DNA of 64,000 bases from an uncultured Clostridia bacterium (GCA_947591785.1 CANQDK010000004.1:12137-76136), one strand, 5' to 3'; positions 18,134 through 28,999 are shown, counted from the first letter of the stretch. Program-made: numbers and translations. The notes: a model not told the origin generated them from the letters alone.

Positions 18134-18160
18134 AAAAAACTCAAAAATAATATAAAAATA

Positions 18161-19093
18161 ATGGAGATAGAGAAAAAAGTGAGTATAAAAAATTTTACAG
18201 TGAATGAAAAAGGAAAAAGATTGGATATTTTTTTACTTTCATCTTTGTTTGATTTTTCTCGCTCTCATATTAAAAAAATTATTGATGATGGCAATGTCAA
18301 AGTTAATGGAAAACAAATTTCAAAAGCAGGAACAATTTTGAAAGAGGGAGATGTTGTTGAGGTTGACGTCCAACAGCCAAAGGAAATTTCAACTAAAGCT
18401 GAAAACATTCCTCTTGACATCATTTATGAAGATGACGACATCCTTGTTGTCAATAAACCGCAGGGGCTTGTTGTTCATCCTTGTGTTTCAACAAAAGACG
18501 GAACTTTGGTTAATGCTTTACTTTTTCATATTAAAAATTTAAGTGGCATAAATGGTGAACTTCGTCCAGGAATTGTTCATAGGCTTGATAAAGATACAAG
18601 TGGACTTTTGGTTGTTGCTAAAAATGATTTTTCTCATAGAAATTTGGCTGAACAAATTAAAGAGAAATCTGCACGAAGAGAATATTTAGCAGTTTTGGAA
18701 GGAAATTTGCCTGATAATTGCGGTAAAGTTGAAACTTATTTGAAACGAGATAACAAGGACAGAAAAAAAATAAGCGTGCAGTCTGAAGGTAGGCTGGCTA
18801 TCACAAAATATGAAGTTGTGAAACGTTATGAAAAATGCTGTCTTGTCCATTTTTCTTTGCAAACAGGAAGAACTCATCAAATTCGTGTTCATGCAAAATT
18901 TCTTCATCATCCTATCATTGGTGATAAACTTTATGGTCACGAAGAAAAAGGTCTTAATGGGCAACTTCTTCATGCTTTTCGTTTGACTTTTGTTCATCCA
19001 AGAACACAAAAAAGTATGACATTTGAATGTCAACTTCCAAATTATTTTCAAGACTATTTGAAAAAGCAAAAAGAAATATGTGAAGAAGAATAA
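18161..19093 (+). CDS. rluD: 23S rRNA pseudouridine synthase, RluD/RluA family
   Basis: An S4 domain followed by HRLDKDTSGLLVVAK and GRTHQIRVH. Confidence 0.9.
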   Translation: MEIEKKVSIKNFTVNEKGKRLDIFLLSSLFDFSRSHIKKIIDDGNVKVNGKQISKAGTILKEGDVVEVDVQQPKEISTKAENIPLDIIYEDDDILVVNKPQGLVVHPCVSTKDGTLVNALLFHIKNLSGINGELRPGIVHRLDKDTSGLLVVAKNDFSHRNLAEQIKEKSARREYLAVLEGNLPDNCGKVETYLKRDNKDRKKISVQSEGRLAITKYEVVKRYEKCCLVHFSLQTGRTHQIRVHAKFLHHPIIGDKLYGHEEKGLNGQLLHAFRLTFVHPRTQKSMTFECQLPNYFQDYLKKQKEICEEE

Positions 19094-19171
19094 GTTTCTA
19101 TATTATATTTTTAAATATTATAAATTAATTGAAATGTTTAAACTTTTTTTAGTGTTTTTTGAAAGAATCTC

Positions 19172-19200
19172 TTGACAAATTTTTGTTTTTTTAGTATACT
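19172..19200 (+). promoter_or_regulatory. Promoter of the rplU-prp-rpmA operon; about 145 nt of leader follows (possible L21 leader)
   Basis: TTGACA at 19172-19177, a 17-nt spacer, TATACT at 19195-19200. I could not verify the leader fold by eye. Confidence 0.6.
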
Positions 19201-19345
19201 TGCAAGGTATCCGCTTGTGTCGGGTTTAAGTTTGATTTATTTCTTCAATTAGGAAATTTATTTAAAACCTTTAATTGTAAGATATAAATTATGTCGTTTG
19301 ACATCACCTATGTTCACAGCGAGTTTGGGTAGAGGAGGTTTTAAG

Positions 19346-19654
19346 ATGTTTGCAGTTGTTCAAACAGGTGGAAAACAGTATAATGTCACAGAAAATGATG
19401 TGATTAAAGTTGAAAAACTTTCAAATGCTGTTGGAGATAAAGTTAAACTTGATGTTTTGCTTATTTCAGATGGCGATAAAACTGTTGCAGGTTCACCTAT
19501 CGTTAAAACAGCAGAGGTTGTTGCAGAAGTTCTTTCTCATGGCAAAGGCGAAAAAATTGTTGTTTTCAAATATAAGCCAAAGAAAAACGAACGCACCAAA
19601 CAGGGGCACAGACAACCTTGGACTGAGTTGAAAATCGTTTCAATAAAGATGTGA
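19346..19654 (+). CDS. rplU: 50S ribosomal protein L21
   Basis: MFAVVQTGGKQY with GAGGAGG upstream. The track start at 19298 is rejected. Confidence 0.95.
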   Translation: MFAVVQTGGKQYNVTENDVIKVEKLSNAVGDKVKLDVLLISDGDKTVAGSPIVKTAEVVAEVLSHGKGEKIVVFKYKPKKNERTKQGHRQPWTELKIVSIKM

Positions 19655-19658
19655 AAAT

Positions 19659-19988
19659 ATGACAAAGATTTTTTTGTTTAAGAAAAAAGACCATATTTTT
19701 GCTTGCCAAGTCAAAGGACATTCTGGCTATGCCGAAAATGGAAGTGATATTGTTTGCTCTGCAATTTCAACCGCTGTTCAAATGACTCTTGTTGGACTTG
19801 ATGAGGTTCTACATTTAAAGTTGGAACAAAAGAGAGATGATGGATTTTTATCTTTTAAAATTTTGGAAAACTTTGAAGACGAGAAAGCACAAACTTTGCT
19901 TTCTGCAATGGAAAAAACACTTCAAAAATTGGTGAAGGAATATGGCAAATATGTGAAGATGGAGGTTAGAAAAGATGATATTGTTTGA
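19659..19988 (+). CDS. prp: Ribosomal-processing cysteine protease Prp
   Basis: [18 protein letters not shown]. It sits between rplU and rpmA. Confidence 0.85.
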   Translation: MTKIFLFKKKDHIFACQVKGHSGYAENGSDIVCSAISTAVQMTLVGLDEVLHLKLEQKRDDGFLSFKILENFEDEKAQTLLSAMEKTLQKLVKEYGKYVKMEVRKDDIV

Positions 19989-20256
19989 TATTCAACTTTT
20001 TGCTCATAAAAAGGGTGGCGGAAGCACCAAAAATGGACGTGACAGTCAAAGCAAACGTCTTGGTGTGAAGTCGTATGCAGGAGAATTTGTAACTGCTGGC
20101 TCAATTCTTGTTCGTCAGCGAGGAACAAGAGTTTATCCAGGTGCTAATGTTGGACTTGGAAAGGACTACACTCTTTTTGCTCTTAAAGATGGCAAAGTTG
20201 TGTTTGAAGAAAGCAATGGGAAAAATGTTGTTTCTATTGTGACAGAACAAAAGTAA
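19975..20256 (+). CDS. rpmA: 50S ribosomal protein L27 with a Prp-cleaved N-terminal extension
   Basis: [24 protein letters not shown]. Confidence 0.95.
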   Translation: MILFDIQLFAHKKGGGSTKNGRDSQSKRLGVKSYAGEFVTAGSILVRQRGTRVYPGANVGLGKDYTLFALKDGKVVFEESNGKNVVSIVTEQK

Positions 20257-20260
20257 AAAA

Positions 20261-20283
20261 AGGGCGATTTCGCTCTTTTTTTT
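20261..20283 (+). terminator. Rho-independent terminator
   Basis: AGGGCG-attt-CGCTCT followed by T8. Confidence 0.7.
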
Positions 20284-20473
20284 GTTTATTATGATGTTGG
20301 TTTTGGACTTGTTGTAAATGTTGCAAAAGAGAAATTTTTTTAATTTTTATTATAATTTTCTTATAAAATATTTGATTAGAAACAGCTGACTATAAATTTT
20401 TGTTTTTTTTGATTTGGATTAAATATAAAGTGTATTTTTTGTGATAATATGACGATTTAGGGGTTGTCAAAAG

Positions 20474-21451
20474 ATGGAATATAAAATTTGTTCAAATAAA
20501 ATTGAAATTATTGGTAAGGAAGATTTTTGTCCAAGACATATTTTTGAGTGTGGACAAATTTTTTCATACAAAAAACTAGGAGATGACACAAAAAACAAAT
20601 GGGAAGTTTTTTCAATGGACAAGTGTGCATTTGTAGAAGAAACTGAAAATGGCTATGTGATTTCCACCAAAGATACAAAATATTTTGAAGAATTTTTTGA
20701 CTTAAAAACTGATTATTCGGCATTGAAAAGAAAACTTTCAAAATTTGAAATTCTTAAGAAACCAATCAGATTTGGCTATGGCATCAGGATTTTGCATCAA
20801 AATTTGTTTGAAACACTCATTTCGTTCATTGTTTCTGCAAATAACAACATAAAAAGAATACAATTGATTTTGGAAAGAATAAGAAAGAAATTTGGAACAG
20901 AAAAAGATGGTTTTTATTCGTTTCCAACGAGAAATCAGCTTCTTCAAGCAACAGAAGAAGATTTCAAACAACTTGGGGCAGGCTACAGGGCAAGCTATCT
21001 TTTTCGTGTTCTAAGGCAAGTTGATGAAAAAACTTTGCAAGAGTGGAGTGCATTTCCAACAAAACAGTTGCGTGAAAAACTTACAACTCTTTTTGGGGTT
21101 GGTCCAAAGGTTGCGGATTGTGTTTTGCTGTTTGGCTATGGCAGAGGAGATGTTTTTCCCGTTGACACATGGATTGAAAAGATGTTTTTGAAATTTTATG
21201 GAAACAGCATAGACTTGTCAAAGGCTCATTTAATTGGAAAAGAAAATCATAGCAAGCAAGTTGATGCAAATGGTGAAGCAAAAAGTGTTGATAAAGAATT
21301 GCAAAAAGATTGTTCTTCTGCACAAAGCAAACAGATTTCAAGAGAAAAAATTCGTGAATTTTTGACGGAAGAGTTTGGATTGCTGTCTGGATATGCACAA
21401 CAATACTTGTTTTATTATATGCGTTCAGGAGATAAGATAAGTGAAGATTAA
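20474..21451 (+). CDS. HhH-GPD DNA glycosylase (8-oxoguanine glycosylase/AlkA-like)
   Basis: LTTLFGVGPKVADCVLLFGYGRGDVFPVDTWIEK. A roughly 50-aa low-complexity insert precedes the C-terminal helix. Confidence 0.75.
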   Translation: MEYKICSNKIEIIGKEDFCPRHIFECGQIFSYKKLGDDTKNKWEVFSMDKCAFVEETENGYVISTKDTKYFEEFFDLKTDYSALKRKLSKFEILKKPIRFGYGIRILHQNLFETLISFIVSANNNIKRIQLILERIRKKFGTEKDGFYSFPTRNQLLQATEEDFKQLGAGYRASYLFRVLRQVDEKTLQEWSAFPTKQLREKLTTLFGVGPKVADCVLLFGYGRGDVFPVDTWIEKMFLKFYGNSIDLSKAHLIGKENHSKQVDANGEAKSVDKELQKDCSSAQSKQISREKIREFLTEEFGLLSGYAQQYLFYYMRSGDKISED

Positions 21452-21628
21452 TGCATATCAAAATGAGCTGTAGAAAATTTTTAAGTTTTAATTCAAAAAA
21501 ATGAACCTAATATTTGTTAAAAGTTAGAATCTGATGAAAAATTTTGAAGATATAAATAAAAAATTTAGGTTTTTATATTGCAAACTAAATAAAATTATGT
21601 TAATATAATTATATAAATTGGAGGAAAT

Positions 21629-23254
21629 ATGAAAAGATTAAAGTCAAAGGCTTTGGTTGTTGCACTTTTTGTTGGAGTTTTGACTGGTTTTGGAATGGAA
21701 TTTTCGGGCTGTTCTCAACAGCAAGAAAAACCACCTATTGTTGACAATGGTGGGAGTCAAACAAATCCAAATGGTGATAAAGAAAATCCGAATCAAATTC
21801 CGGATAAAAATCCGAGTGATGATAAAGAGAACCCAAACAAAAATCCAAATGAAAATCCTGACAAGAATCCAGGCGATAAAACTGACGATAAAGACCCTCC
21901 AATTGTCAATCCACCAGAAGAAACTCCTGCTGAAAAATTAGCAAGAGGAGTCGAAAAATTTGAAAATTTTGTTGAAAGAACAACTTCAGGAAAGAATTTC
22001 ACATATTCTCAAAAAGGTTATGAAAAAGATGTGCTTGCAGAAATTGATGGTGATGAAGTTAAGTTGACAGAAGGGAAAGATGTGACTTATTTTGAAAAGA
22101 CGACTGCAAGTCAAAATTTCTCTTATGTTTGGAATAGTGAAATTGGACTTTGGGAAAAAGATTTCAGCGAAACAAATGCAGACACTTTGATTTCTTCATT
22201 TACAGATTCAATGAAAGAGGTTAGTTGGGGTGTTTATGATGAAAAAAATCAAAAACTTGGTGGAATAAACATCGTAAATGTTAATGGAATTGACCTTGAT
22301 GCTGTGGTGCAGGTTGATATGTCTTCGGAAGACAAACTTCAAGCAACAATTGAGGTTGCAGACAACGAAGTCAAACTTGAAATAGATAAAATTGGAAGCA
22401 CAGAAGTGATCTTGCCAACAAAGGAACAAGTGCGTGACAAAACAGTGCCAAGCGAAAATGTTTATGAAATTGTCGATGGGCAATATCAATGGAACATCAA
22501 ACTGCTTGCCGATATTTTTGACAAGTGGATGAAGGGTGACAATCAATACAAGACGGATTATTACGGTCGAACTTCTAACTTGCATACAAAACAAATTCTT
22601 TATGTTAAACCTGATTTGGAAAACTTTGTTGTGGGAGTTGTTGGCGAAGATCCTCAAACAAAAGAAAATGGATTTGCAGAATTTAAGTTTACTAGCAATA
22701 ATTTTTACTCTGAACTTGGCTCTGGAACATTGAAGACCAAAGAAGATTTTGTAAACTACTTGAACACAATTAAGCCTATTCATTTTGGACCGACTTCTTC
22801 AAGTATAAAAATGGAATATTCCACAGACACTGCAACACCTGAACAGAAAAAAGAATTTGAAGCAATGACAAAAAATATTTTTGATAGGCTTGAAACAATT
22901 GGAGTGCAAGAAGGTAGTATTAATAATCAGGGGCAAAAAACATCAAAATTTGCTAATGCGAAAGTGCTTTTTGGATTTAAAACTCCTAATAGCGGAACGG
23001 GTGTTGGTTCTGATTTAGGCAATAAGCAATCTTGGCATCAGTATTATTTAATAGATTTGAATGGGCATATTGAATTTGTAGACATTATTATTGATTCTAG
23101 TATTGATGGTAAAGGGACTGCAATTGATAAATTAGTCAATAATGATTCAAAGAGATGGAAAGTTTCGGCTTTGAAAGAGAAAGAGTTGGATGCAGGCAAT
23201 AAAAATTTGTTTAACGCATATTGGTATGTAAACACAAAAGATAAGGAAAAATGA
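21629..23254 (+). CDS. Lipoprotein of unknown function
   Basis: Signal peptide with lipobox FSGC, then a Pro/Asn/Asp-rich linker (ENPNQIPDKNPSDDKENPNKNPNENPDKNPGDK). GGAGG serves as the RBS. Confidence 0.7.
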   Translation: MKRLKSKALVVALFVGVLTGFGMEFSGCSQQQEKPPIVDNGGSQTNPNGDKENPNQIPDKNPSDDKENPNKNPNENPDKNPGDKTDDKDPPIVNPPEETPAEKLARGVEKFENFVERTTSGKNFTYSQKGYEKDVLAEIDGDEVKLTEGKDVTYFEKTTASQNFSYVWNSEIGLWEKDFSETNADTLISSFTDSMKEVSWGVYDEKNQKLGGINIVNVNGIDLDAVVQVDMSSEDKLQATIEVADNEVKLEIDKIGSTEVILPTKEQVRDKTVPSENVYEIVDGQYQWNIKLLADIFDKWMKGDNQYKTDYYGRTSNLHTKQILYVKPDLENFVVGVVGEDPQTKENGFAEFKFTSNNFYSELGSGTLKTKEDFVNYLNTIKPIHFGPTSSSIKMEYSTDTATPEQKKEFEAMTKNIFDRLETIGVQEGSINNQGQKTSKFANAKVLFGFKTPNSGTGVGSDLGNKQSWHQYYLIDLNGHIEFVDIIIDSSIDGKGTAIDKLVNNDSKRWKVSALKEKELDAGNKNLFNAYWYVNTKDKEK

Positions 23255-23300
23255 TTTTTTCCTTGTTTTTTTTTGTTGTTTGTGATATGATATATTTGAA

Positions 23301-25313
23301 GTGAAAAAATTTAAGAGAATTTTGGCTGTCATATTCTGTTGTTTGTTTGTCTTTCTTGTGGGATGTGATGAAATCTTGGAGGACAATGGTGTTTCTGTGA
23401 AAGCATTTGATGGAGTGAAAGTTCTTTCAAGACCAACTGACTATTTTGATAATATTGGCGAAGTTGTTGGTGACAAAGCCTCAGAATTTTATTACAATAT
23501 TTTTTCTGCAAACATTTTGAGAGCTCTATATTTGATTTATGAAAATCCAAATTTAATAGTTTCTGATGATGATCTAAAGTTATTTTTTTCTAATTTGGAT
23601 TCAAAACCTAATGAATATACTTATAGAACAGACGGAAATCGTGTTAATGGAAATGTTGAAACAGAATTTTATTATCTTTTTGACTCTATGAGATATACAA
23701 TAACAAGTGTTTCGACAATAACAGAAGGCGACACAATCAAATCTCAAACATTGACGCTTGCAAAAACCAAGTGGAATTGGACTGTTGACACAGATGAGGT
23801 TGGCTCAATTTTCAAAAATATCTATGACAATGTATTGGGATATATCACAGAATACACTGAAAGTGACGATCTAATCACAGTTGAATTTGGCGAGCGTTTT
23901 ACAGAGGGTTCTTGGGACAAAATATATGAACGAGATATGTTTAGTTCACAAATTCATTCTTTCTCAAATCTTTATTACAGCGAAGAAATTTCGAATGGCG
24001 GAGAGGGTGAAGATAGGGTGGTGCAATATTGGACTTCACCATTTTATAACCAAGATCAAGATGGTCAGCAGATTGACGGACTGAAAAACAACTATCAAGA
24101 TGCTCTTGAATATGCCACATATATGTTTGTGCTTGGTTTTGATTATCAAGGCGATAATGAAACAACTGCTGTTATGCCAAATTTGTTTAATTTTGAAGAA
24201 AGAGATGGAAAATTCTATGTTGCAGGCTGGAATGCAGACGGAACAATAGATTCTGCAAATGCCACAGCAAATGTCACTGTTCAAGATGCTTTGGGTTTTG
24301 CAAAACAACTTTACAAAGTCAATTCAAATATTGTTGGTGTGACGCAAGAAATCCAAGAAAAAGTGAAAAGGTTTATTTTGGACGAAGTTATCGGCGAAAA
24401 TGCTTTTCTTAAAAATGACTCAATTCAAAATGACCCAAACAAGGAAGGAATTTTTTATGTGGACTTTCATGACGGAACAAAACCTAAAAAATTCAACAGA
24501 AATTATAAAAAAATCGTTGAAAACATTATAAATTATGCTTGTGAACAAGCTCCTATTGGTTATGATGAGAGCAGTAGGAAACAAATTACTCTTGGTGACT
24601 CATATATGGCATCGCAAATTCAAGATTTCCAATATAACAGTTTTCTTCTTCATCATGCAGACAAAGATGCTCACGCTTTCAAAAATATTCCAGTGGCAGA
24701 ATATCAGAGCATGATTTTCTTTCCAAAGAAAGCGGACATCAACCAATATGTTGGCACTTTGATTTTGGCGTTTGAATATTTTGAAAACCCGGACAACAAA
24801 ATTATGCTTGACAAACTTGATTTGACTGTTGGACTTCGATATTATGACCACGAAGAACGTGCCTACACCGTTGATGTTCAAACAGAAAAAAGCATTGTGA
24901 AAGGTGACTATGCAACCGTCAGCAAGGAAAACAATCCAGATATCAATTGGCTTATCATTGACAACTCCAAAGACCAAACTGCAGTTGACCTGCCAATGCC
25001 AAAAGACTTAAAGATGAAAACACAGTTTGTAAACAAAGAACCTATCTCCGCAGAATCTGGACCAGTTAGAATTACGGGAACATCTCAAGCTAGAGCATAC
25101 TACAAGCCAAATAATTCCGATTATGGCACTTTTGGCTCGCTTTATGGCGAAGTTGCTGGGCAAGAAGATTCCGCTTATCAATGCTGGGGCATGGAGAATG
25201 ATTGCGACTATTTGGAAGTTTATTTCCTTATCCACAAAACTGCAGGAAATGTCAATACAAACTACAATTTCAAAGTGGGTGTGCAGGTGTTCACTGCTGC
25301 GTTTACAGGTTGA
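23301..25313 (+). CDS. Lipoprotein of unknown function
   Basis: Signal peptide with lipobox LVGC. GTG start. I recognise no domain. Confidence 0.65.
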   Translation: MKKFKRILAVIFCCLFVFLVGCDEILEDNGVSVKAFDGVKVLSRPTDYFDNIGEVVGDKASEFYYNIFSANILRALYLIYENPNLIVSDDDLKLFFSNLDSKPNEYTYRTDGNRVNGNVETEFYYLFDSMRYTITSVSTITEGDTIKSQTLTLAKTKWNWTVDTDEVGSIFKNIYDNVLGYITEYTESDDLITVEFGERFTEGSWDKIYERDMFSSQIHSFSNLYYSEEISNGGEGEDRVVQYWTSPFYNQDQDGQQIDGLKNNYQDALEYATYMFVLGFDYQGDNETTAVMPNLFNFEERDGKFYVAGWNADGTIDSANATANVTVQDALGFAKQLYKVNSNIVGVTQEIQEKVKRFILDEVIGENAFLKNDSIQNDPNKEGIFYVDFHDGTKPKKFNRNYKKIVENIINYACEQAPIGYDESSRKQITLGDSYMASQIQDFQYNSFLLHHADKDAHAFKNIPVAEYQSMIFFPKKADINQYVGTLILAFEYFENPDNKIMLDKLDLTVGLRYYDHEERAYTVDVQTEKSIVKGDYATVSKENNPDINWLIIDNSKDQTAVDLPMPKDLKMKTQFVNKEPISAESGPVRITGTSQARAYYKPNNSDYGTFGSLYGEVAGQEDSAYQCWGMENDCDYLEVYFLIHKTAGNVNTNYNFKVGVQVFTAAFTG

Positions 25314-25489
25314 GCATTTTTCTAAATTTAGTTGTTAAAGCACAAATATGATTCCTATTGGTATCTGTTTGTGTTTTTTTGTTATCTATTTTTACATTGT
25401 GATTTATCGTAAAGTTTTAATTGCTTTCCTATTATTTTATTACAACCTAAAATTTTTGTTTTTTTAATATAAAATCTTTGATTGGGGTA

Positions 25490-25518
25490 TTGAAAAAAAC
25501 ACTCCGCTGTGCTATAAT
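25490..25518 (+). promoter_or_regulatory. Promoter of floA
   Basis: TTGAAA at 25490-25495, a 17-nt spacer, TGcTATAAT with -10 at 25513-25518. Confidence 0.55.
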
Positions 25519-25536
25519 TTCAGCATAGGAGTCTTT

Positions 25537-26529
25537 ATGAGCGAAGGTGCTATTGTTGGAATCGTTTTTGGCGGAATTGCCCTTATTGTTTTAATTGTTT
25601 TCTTTGTTTTATTACCTTGCAAAGTGTTCTTTAGTGCCTTGTTTTCTGGGTGTTTTGTTCCACCTTTCAAACTTATCTCTATGAAACTTAGAAAAGTTAA
25701 TGTTAGTCAAATTATTAGTGCGTATATTATGGCTCGAAAAACACACCTTGGTGTCACTTTGTTTGATTTGGAATTTATCTCTACCAGTGGGGGACACCCA
25801 CTACGCGTGGTTGAAGGACTCAATGCTGCAAATAGTGCTAAGTTGAAATTTGATTTGGAATTTGCTAAAGCTGTTGATATTTCTGGCAGGGATTTGCTGG
25901 AAGTTGTGCGTGAGTGTATTAGCCCTAAAACTATCGAACTTCCACTTATCACTGCTGTCGCTCAGGATAATTTTGAAATTAATGTTAAAATTTCACTAAC
26001 GCTGAAAGTCAATCTCAAAAACTTCCTTCGTGGTGCAACCGAAGAAACTATCTCTGCTCGTGCTGTTGAAACTGTTGTCACTAAAATTGCTAACACTGTT
26101 AAAAGCTCAGAACTTATTTCAAAACCTCAGTTGCTTGACAAGGCTATTTTTGATGCCGACATTGACGAAAATTGCAAGTATGAATTGCTCTCTGCAGATG
26201 TGATTTTGATTGATTTGGGAAATAACCGTGGTTTTGCTCTACAAAAAGAACAAATTGAAAAAGAACGCATTTTGACTTGTAATCAACTTGAAGAAAGAAG
26301 ATTAACCGCTGTTGCTGTCGAACAGGAAATGAAAGCAAAAGAAGCTGAGATGAAGGCTAAAGAGGCCGAAAACGAAACAGAAGTTCCTCTTGCTTTAAAA
26401 CAAGCAATTGAAGATGGAAAAATGAAAGATGTTGTGGATTTCTATCTTATGCAAAATCTTCAAGCAGACACAAATATGCGTAGGAAAATAACACAAAATA
26501 AATCTCAAGGAGTTGACGATTTTAACTGA
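25537..26529 (+). CDS. floA: Flotillin-like protein FloA (YqfA/UPF0365)
   Basis: Colinear with B. subtilis FloA as I recall it: N-terminal TM segment, AVDISGRDLLEVV, EVPLALKQAIEDGKM..D...MQNLQADTNMR. Confidence 0.9.
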   Translation: MSEGAIVGIVFGGIALIVLIVFFVLLPCKVFFSALFSGCFVPPFKLISMKLRKVNVSQIISAYIMARKTHLGVTLFDLEFISTSGGHPLRVVEGLNAANSAKLKFDLEFAKAVDISGRDLLEVVRECISPKTIELPLITAVAQDNFEINVKISLTLKVNLKNFLRGATEETISARAVETVVTKIANTVKSSELISKPQLLDKAIFDADIDENCKYELLSADVILIDLGNNRGFALQKEQIEKERILTCNQLEERRLTAVAVEQEMKAKEAEMKAKEAENETEVPLALKQAIEDGKMKDVVDFYLMQNLQADTNMRRKITQNKSQGVDDFN

Positions 26530-26638
26530 AATTGATTTTTAAAATTTGATTCTACATAAAAGTTTTTAAAACTTGATTATAAAGATTTTTTTCTTTTGAA
26601 ATATATCAAATTATGAAGTTTGAGGAGGCGAACAAACT

Positions 26639-27325
26639 ATGTTATATACCATAATTTATGTTGCAGTTATTGTTGTGCTATGTGTCACTGCTGTGTTATG
26701 TTTCGTTTTCTTAAGCAAACATGATAAAAAAAGAAGCAAAGTGCTGAAAGAGGAAGCAAAAAGACAAGTGGATATGACTCAAGATTCTTCCAAACTAAAT
26801 CCAGCAATAAATGAAATTGTAAAACATTATGATGAAGAAATTGTAGAACAGATTCAACCCACAAAGGACTTGCCAAATGATGGGTTTGAAAACTATCAAT
26901 GGGAAGACACAAAAGGTAAACAAAAACAAAAGGAAAGTGTCTCTCTAAATCCGTTTAATGTTAAGAAAAAAGATAATCAATTCGACAAAAATGATGATGA
27001 AGCTGAATTTGATGATTTTGATGATTATAACGATATAGAAGCAAAATTTAAAGAATATGAAGAATTTTTAAAAAAGAATCTTGAATTTAATGAATCAGAT
27101 GACGAAGCTGAATTTAGTTTAGAAGATGATGAGTTTGACACACCTTATTCAAATGTTAGTAATAACCACGCAGAAAGCAAGCAATCTGTTGATGAAATCT
27201 TAACAAATCTTCCGCCTAAGGCACGAGATGTTATGGTTTCTGATAAAATTTCAGAAAATAATAAAATTTCCATACAAACATCTAAAAACAATGCAAACAG
27301 TAATATTGATGGCCAAGACATATAG
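26639..27325 (+). CDS. Membrane-anchored acidic protein of unknown function
   Basis: N-terminal TM helix. It has a repeated DDEAEF motif. A terminator hairpin GCCAAGAC...GTCTTGGC overlaps the stop. Confidence 0.6.
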   Translation: MLYTIIYVAVIVVLCVTAVLCFVFLSKHDKKRSKVLKEEAKRQVDMTQDSSKLNPAINEIVKHYDEEIVEQIQPTKDLPNDGFENYQWEDTKGKQKQKESVSLNPFNVKKKDNQFDKNDDEAEFDDFDDYNDIEAKFKEYEEFLKKNLEFNESDDEAEFSLEDDEFDTPYSNVSNNHAESKQSVDEILTNLPPKARDVMVSDKISENNKISIQTSKNNANSNIDGQDI

Positions 27326-27388
27326 AAAAAAGTCTTGGCATTTTTATTTTTTGAAAAATTCAAATTTAAATTATTGATTTAAGATAAA

Positions 27389-27700
27389 TTGGTGAAAAAA
27401 GCAAGGAGAGAGCATATACATATTTTGGGTGAGAATATGTTTAATTTTCTTAATGAGCTTAAAAAGAATTTAAAAATTCCGCAAGAACTTGACTTAAATG
27501 GATTTAATATTATCAATATTGCTGGAAATTTGCTTTATGTTGAAGGACATCTTGGTTTGGTGACGCTTTCAAAAGAATTAATTTCATTTAAAGTGAAAAA
27601 AAGTGTGATTATTGTTGAGGGGAAAGATATGGTTTTAAATGAACTATCTGACAGCACTCTCAAAATTTGTGGAAAAATTAAAAAGGTGGAACAAATATGA
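27389..27700 (+). CDS. yqfC: Sporulation protein YqfC (YabP family); start uncertain (27389 / 27425 / 27437)
   Basis: Its size and its position immediately upstream of, and overlapping, yqfD support the call. YabP-like core VEGHLGLVTLSKELISFKV...IVEGKDM. Confidence 0.7.
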   Translation: MVKKARREHIHILGENMFNFLNELKKNLKIPQELDLNGFNIINIAGNLLYVEGHLGLVTLSKELISFKVKKSVIIVEGKDMVLNELSDSTLKICGKIKKVEQI

Positions 27701-28824
27701 AATTAAGAAACATAAGCAAATTTCATATTCATGGACTTAATCAAGAAAAATTGCTTAATGAAATGTGTAAAAATTTTACACTTTTTGATATTGAAAGAAT
27801 TTCTAAAAGTGACACTTTTTTTGAGTGTTCGTATTTTGATTATCGAAAGATTGAAAAATTTATCAAATCACATGGTGTTATAATTGAAAGCGTTTCTCAT
27901 GAAGGTTTTGCTCATAAACTTATGAAAATTTTTTCTTCTTATGGACTTGTTTTTGCAATTTTTATTTCTATTATACTTTATTTCTTTCAAAATCAATATG
28001 TTTTACAATATGAAGTTGTTGGTGTGGACAAACTTAGTGAAAAAGAGATTGTCGAATTTGTTAAAGATGAATTTTCTTCAAAAAAAACTGAAATTGAGAC
28101 TTCAAAAATCGAAAATGCGTTGATTAAGAAGTTTTCATGTATAAGTTTTGTTTCCTGTATAATCAAGGGGCAAACTCTTGTTTTAAATATTAAAGAAAAA
28201 TTATTGCCTAGTGAAATGTATGGAACTTTTGCACCTCTTACTGCAAATAAAAGCGGAAAAATAACAAAAATTGAACTTATTTCAGGGACTTTAAAGGTTA
28301 AGGTTGGTGATATTGTGCAAGAAGGAGATGTCCTTGTTGAACCCTTCACTTTAGATGCATCAGGAGAATTGAAAAAAGTTGAGGCACGAGCAGAAATCCT
28401 TGCAGAAGTTTATAATGAAGGTGTTTCTGAGCATTATGAAACCTTTGTTCAGGTTTCTAGAACGGGAGAAAAGCGTGTGCAGAGTGAGGTTATGCTCTTT
28501 GGATTATCCATTTACAATTTCAAACAGGAAATCCCTTTTTCATTGTTTGAGACTGAGTGTGAATATACAAATCTCTCAAAAAACCTATTTATGCCATTCA
28601 AATTAAAGAAAACAGTCTTTTATGAGCTTGTTGAAGAAACTATTGTCAGTGATTTTGAAGAAGTAAAGGACGAATTTGTTAATAAAGCAAAGATTGATGC
28701 TGAGAAAAAATGTGAAAGTCAAAATATTTTAGATGAATTTTACACTTTACGCCATATCGGGGGAGTGACTTTTGTCAATTATTGTATTGTAACAGAAGAA
28801 AAAATATGTGGTGAGAATAAATGA
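27697..28824 (+). CDS. yqfD: Sporulation protein YqfD
   Basis: ATGA overlap with yqfC, a central TM segment and YqfD-like architecture. The synteny yqfC-yqfD-ybeY-era is preserved. Confidence 0.75.
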   Translation: MKLRNISKFHIHGLNQEKLLNEMCKNFTLFDIERISKSDTFFECSYFDYRKIEKFIKSHGVIIESVSHEGFAHKLMKIFSSYGLVFAIFISIILYFFQNQYVLQYEVVGVDKLSEKEIVEFVKDEFSSKKTEIETSKIENALIKKFSCISFVSCIIKGQTLVLNIKEKLLPSEMYGTFAPLTANKSGKITKIELISGTLKVKVGDIVQEGDVLVEPFTLDASGELKKVEARAEILAEVYNEGVSEHYETFVQVSRTGEKRVQSEVMLFGLSIYNFKQEIPFSLFETECEYTNLSKNLFMPFKLKKTVFYELVEETIVSDFEEVKDEFVNKAKIDAEKKCESQNILDEFYTLRHIGGVTFVNYCIVTEEKICGENK

Positions 28825-28999
28825 TTAAAATATAATATTTTTAATCAATTTTTCTTGGTGTTAATTTTAAATAATTTTAAAATAAAGTTTAAATAATTAA
28901 AAAAAAGTTTAAAGAAAGCTTAAATGCAGGTGTAAACTTGCATTTTTTTGTATTTTATGATATTATAAATTTAAATTTTAAGAATTGGAGCTATTTTCT

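Noticed and set aside
27403-27420. CATATACAT upstream of yqfC as a sigma-E -10 element
   Set aside because: No matching -35 (ATA-type) sits at the right spacing. The call cannot be supported by eye.
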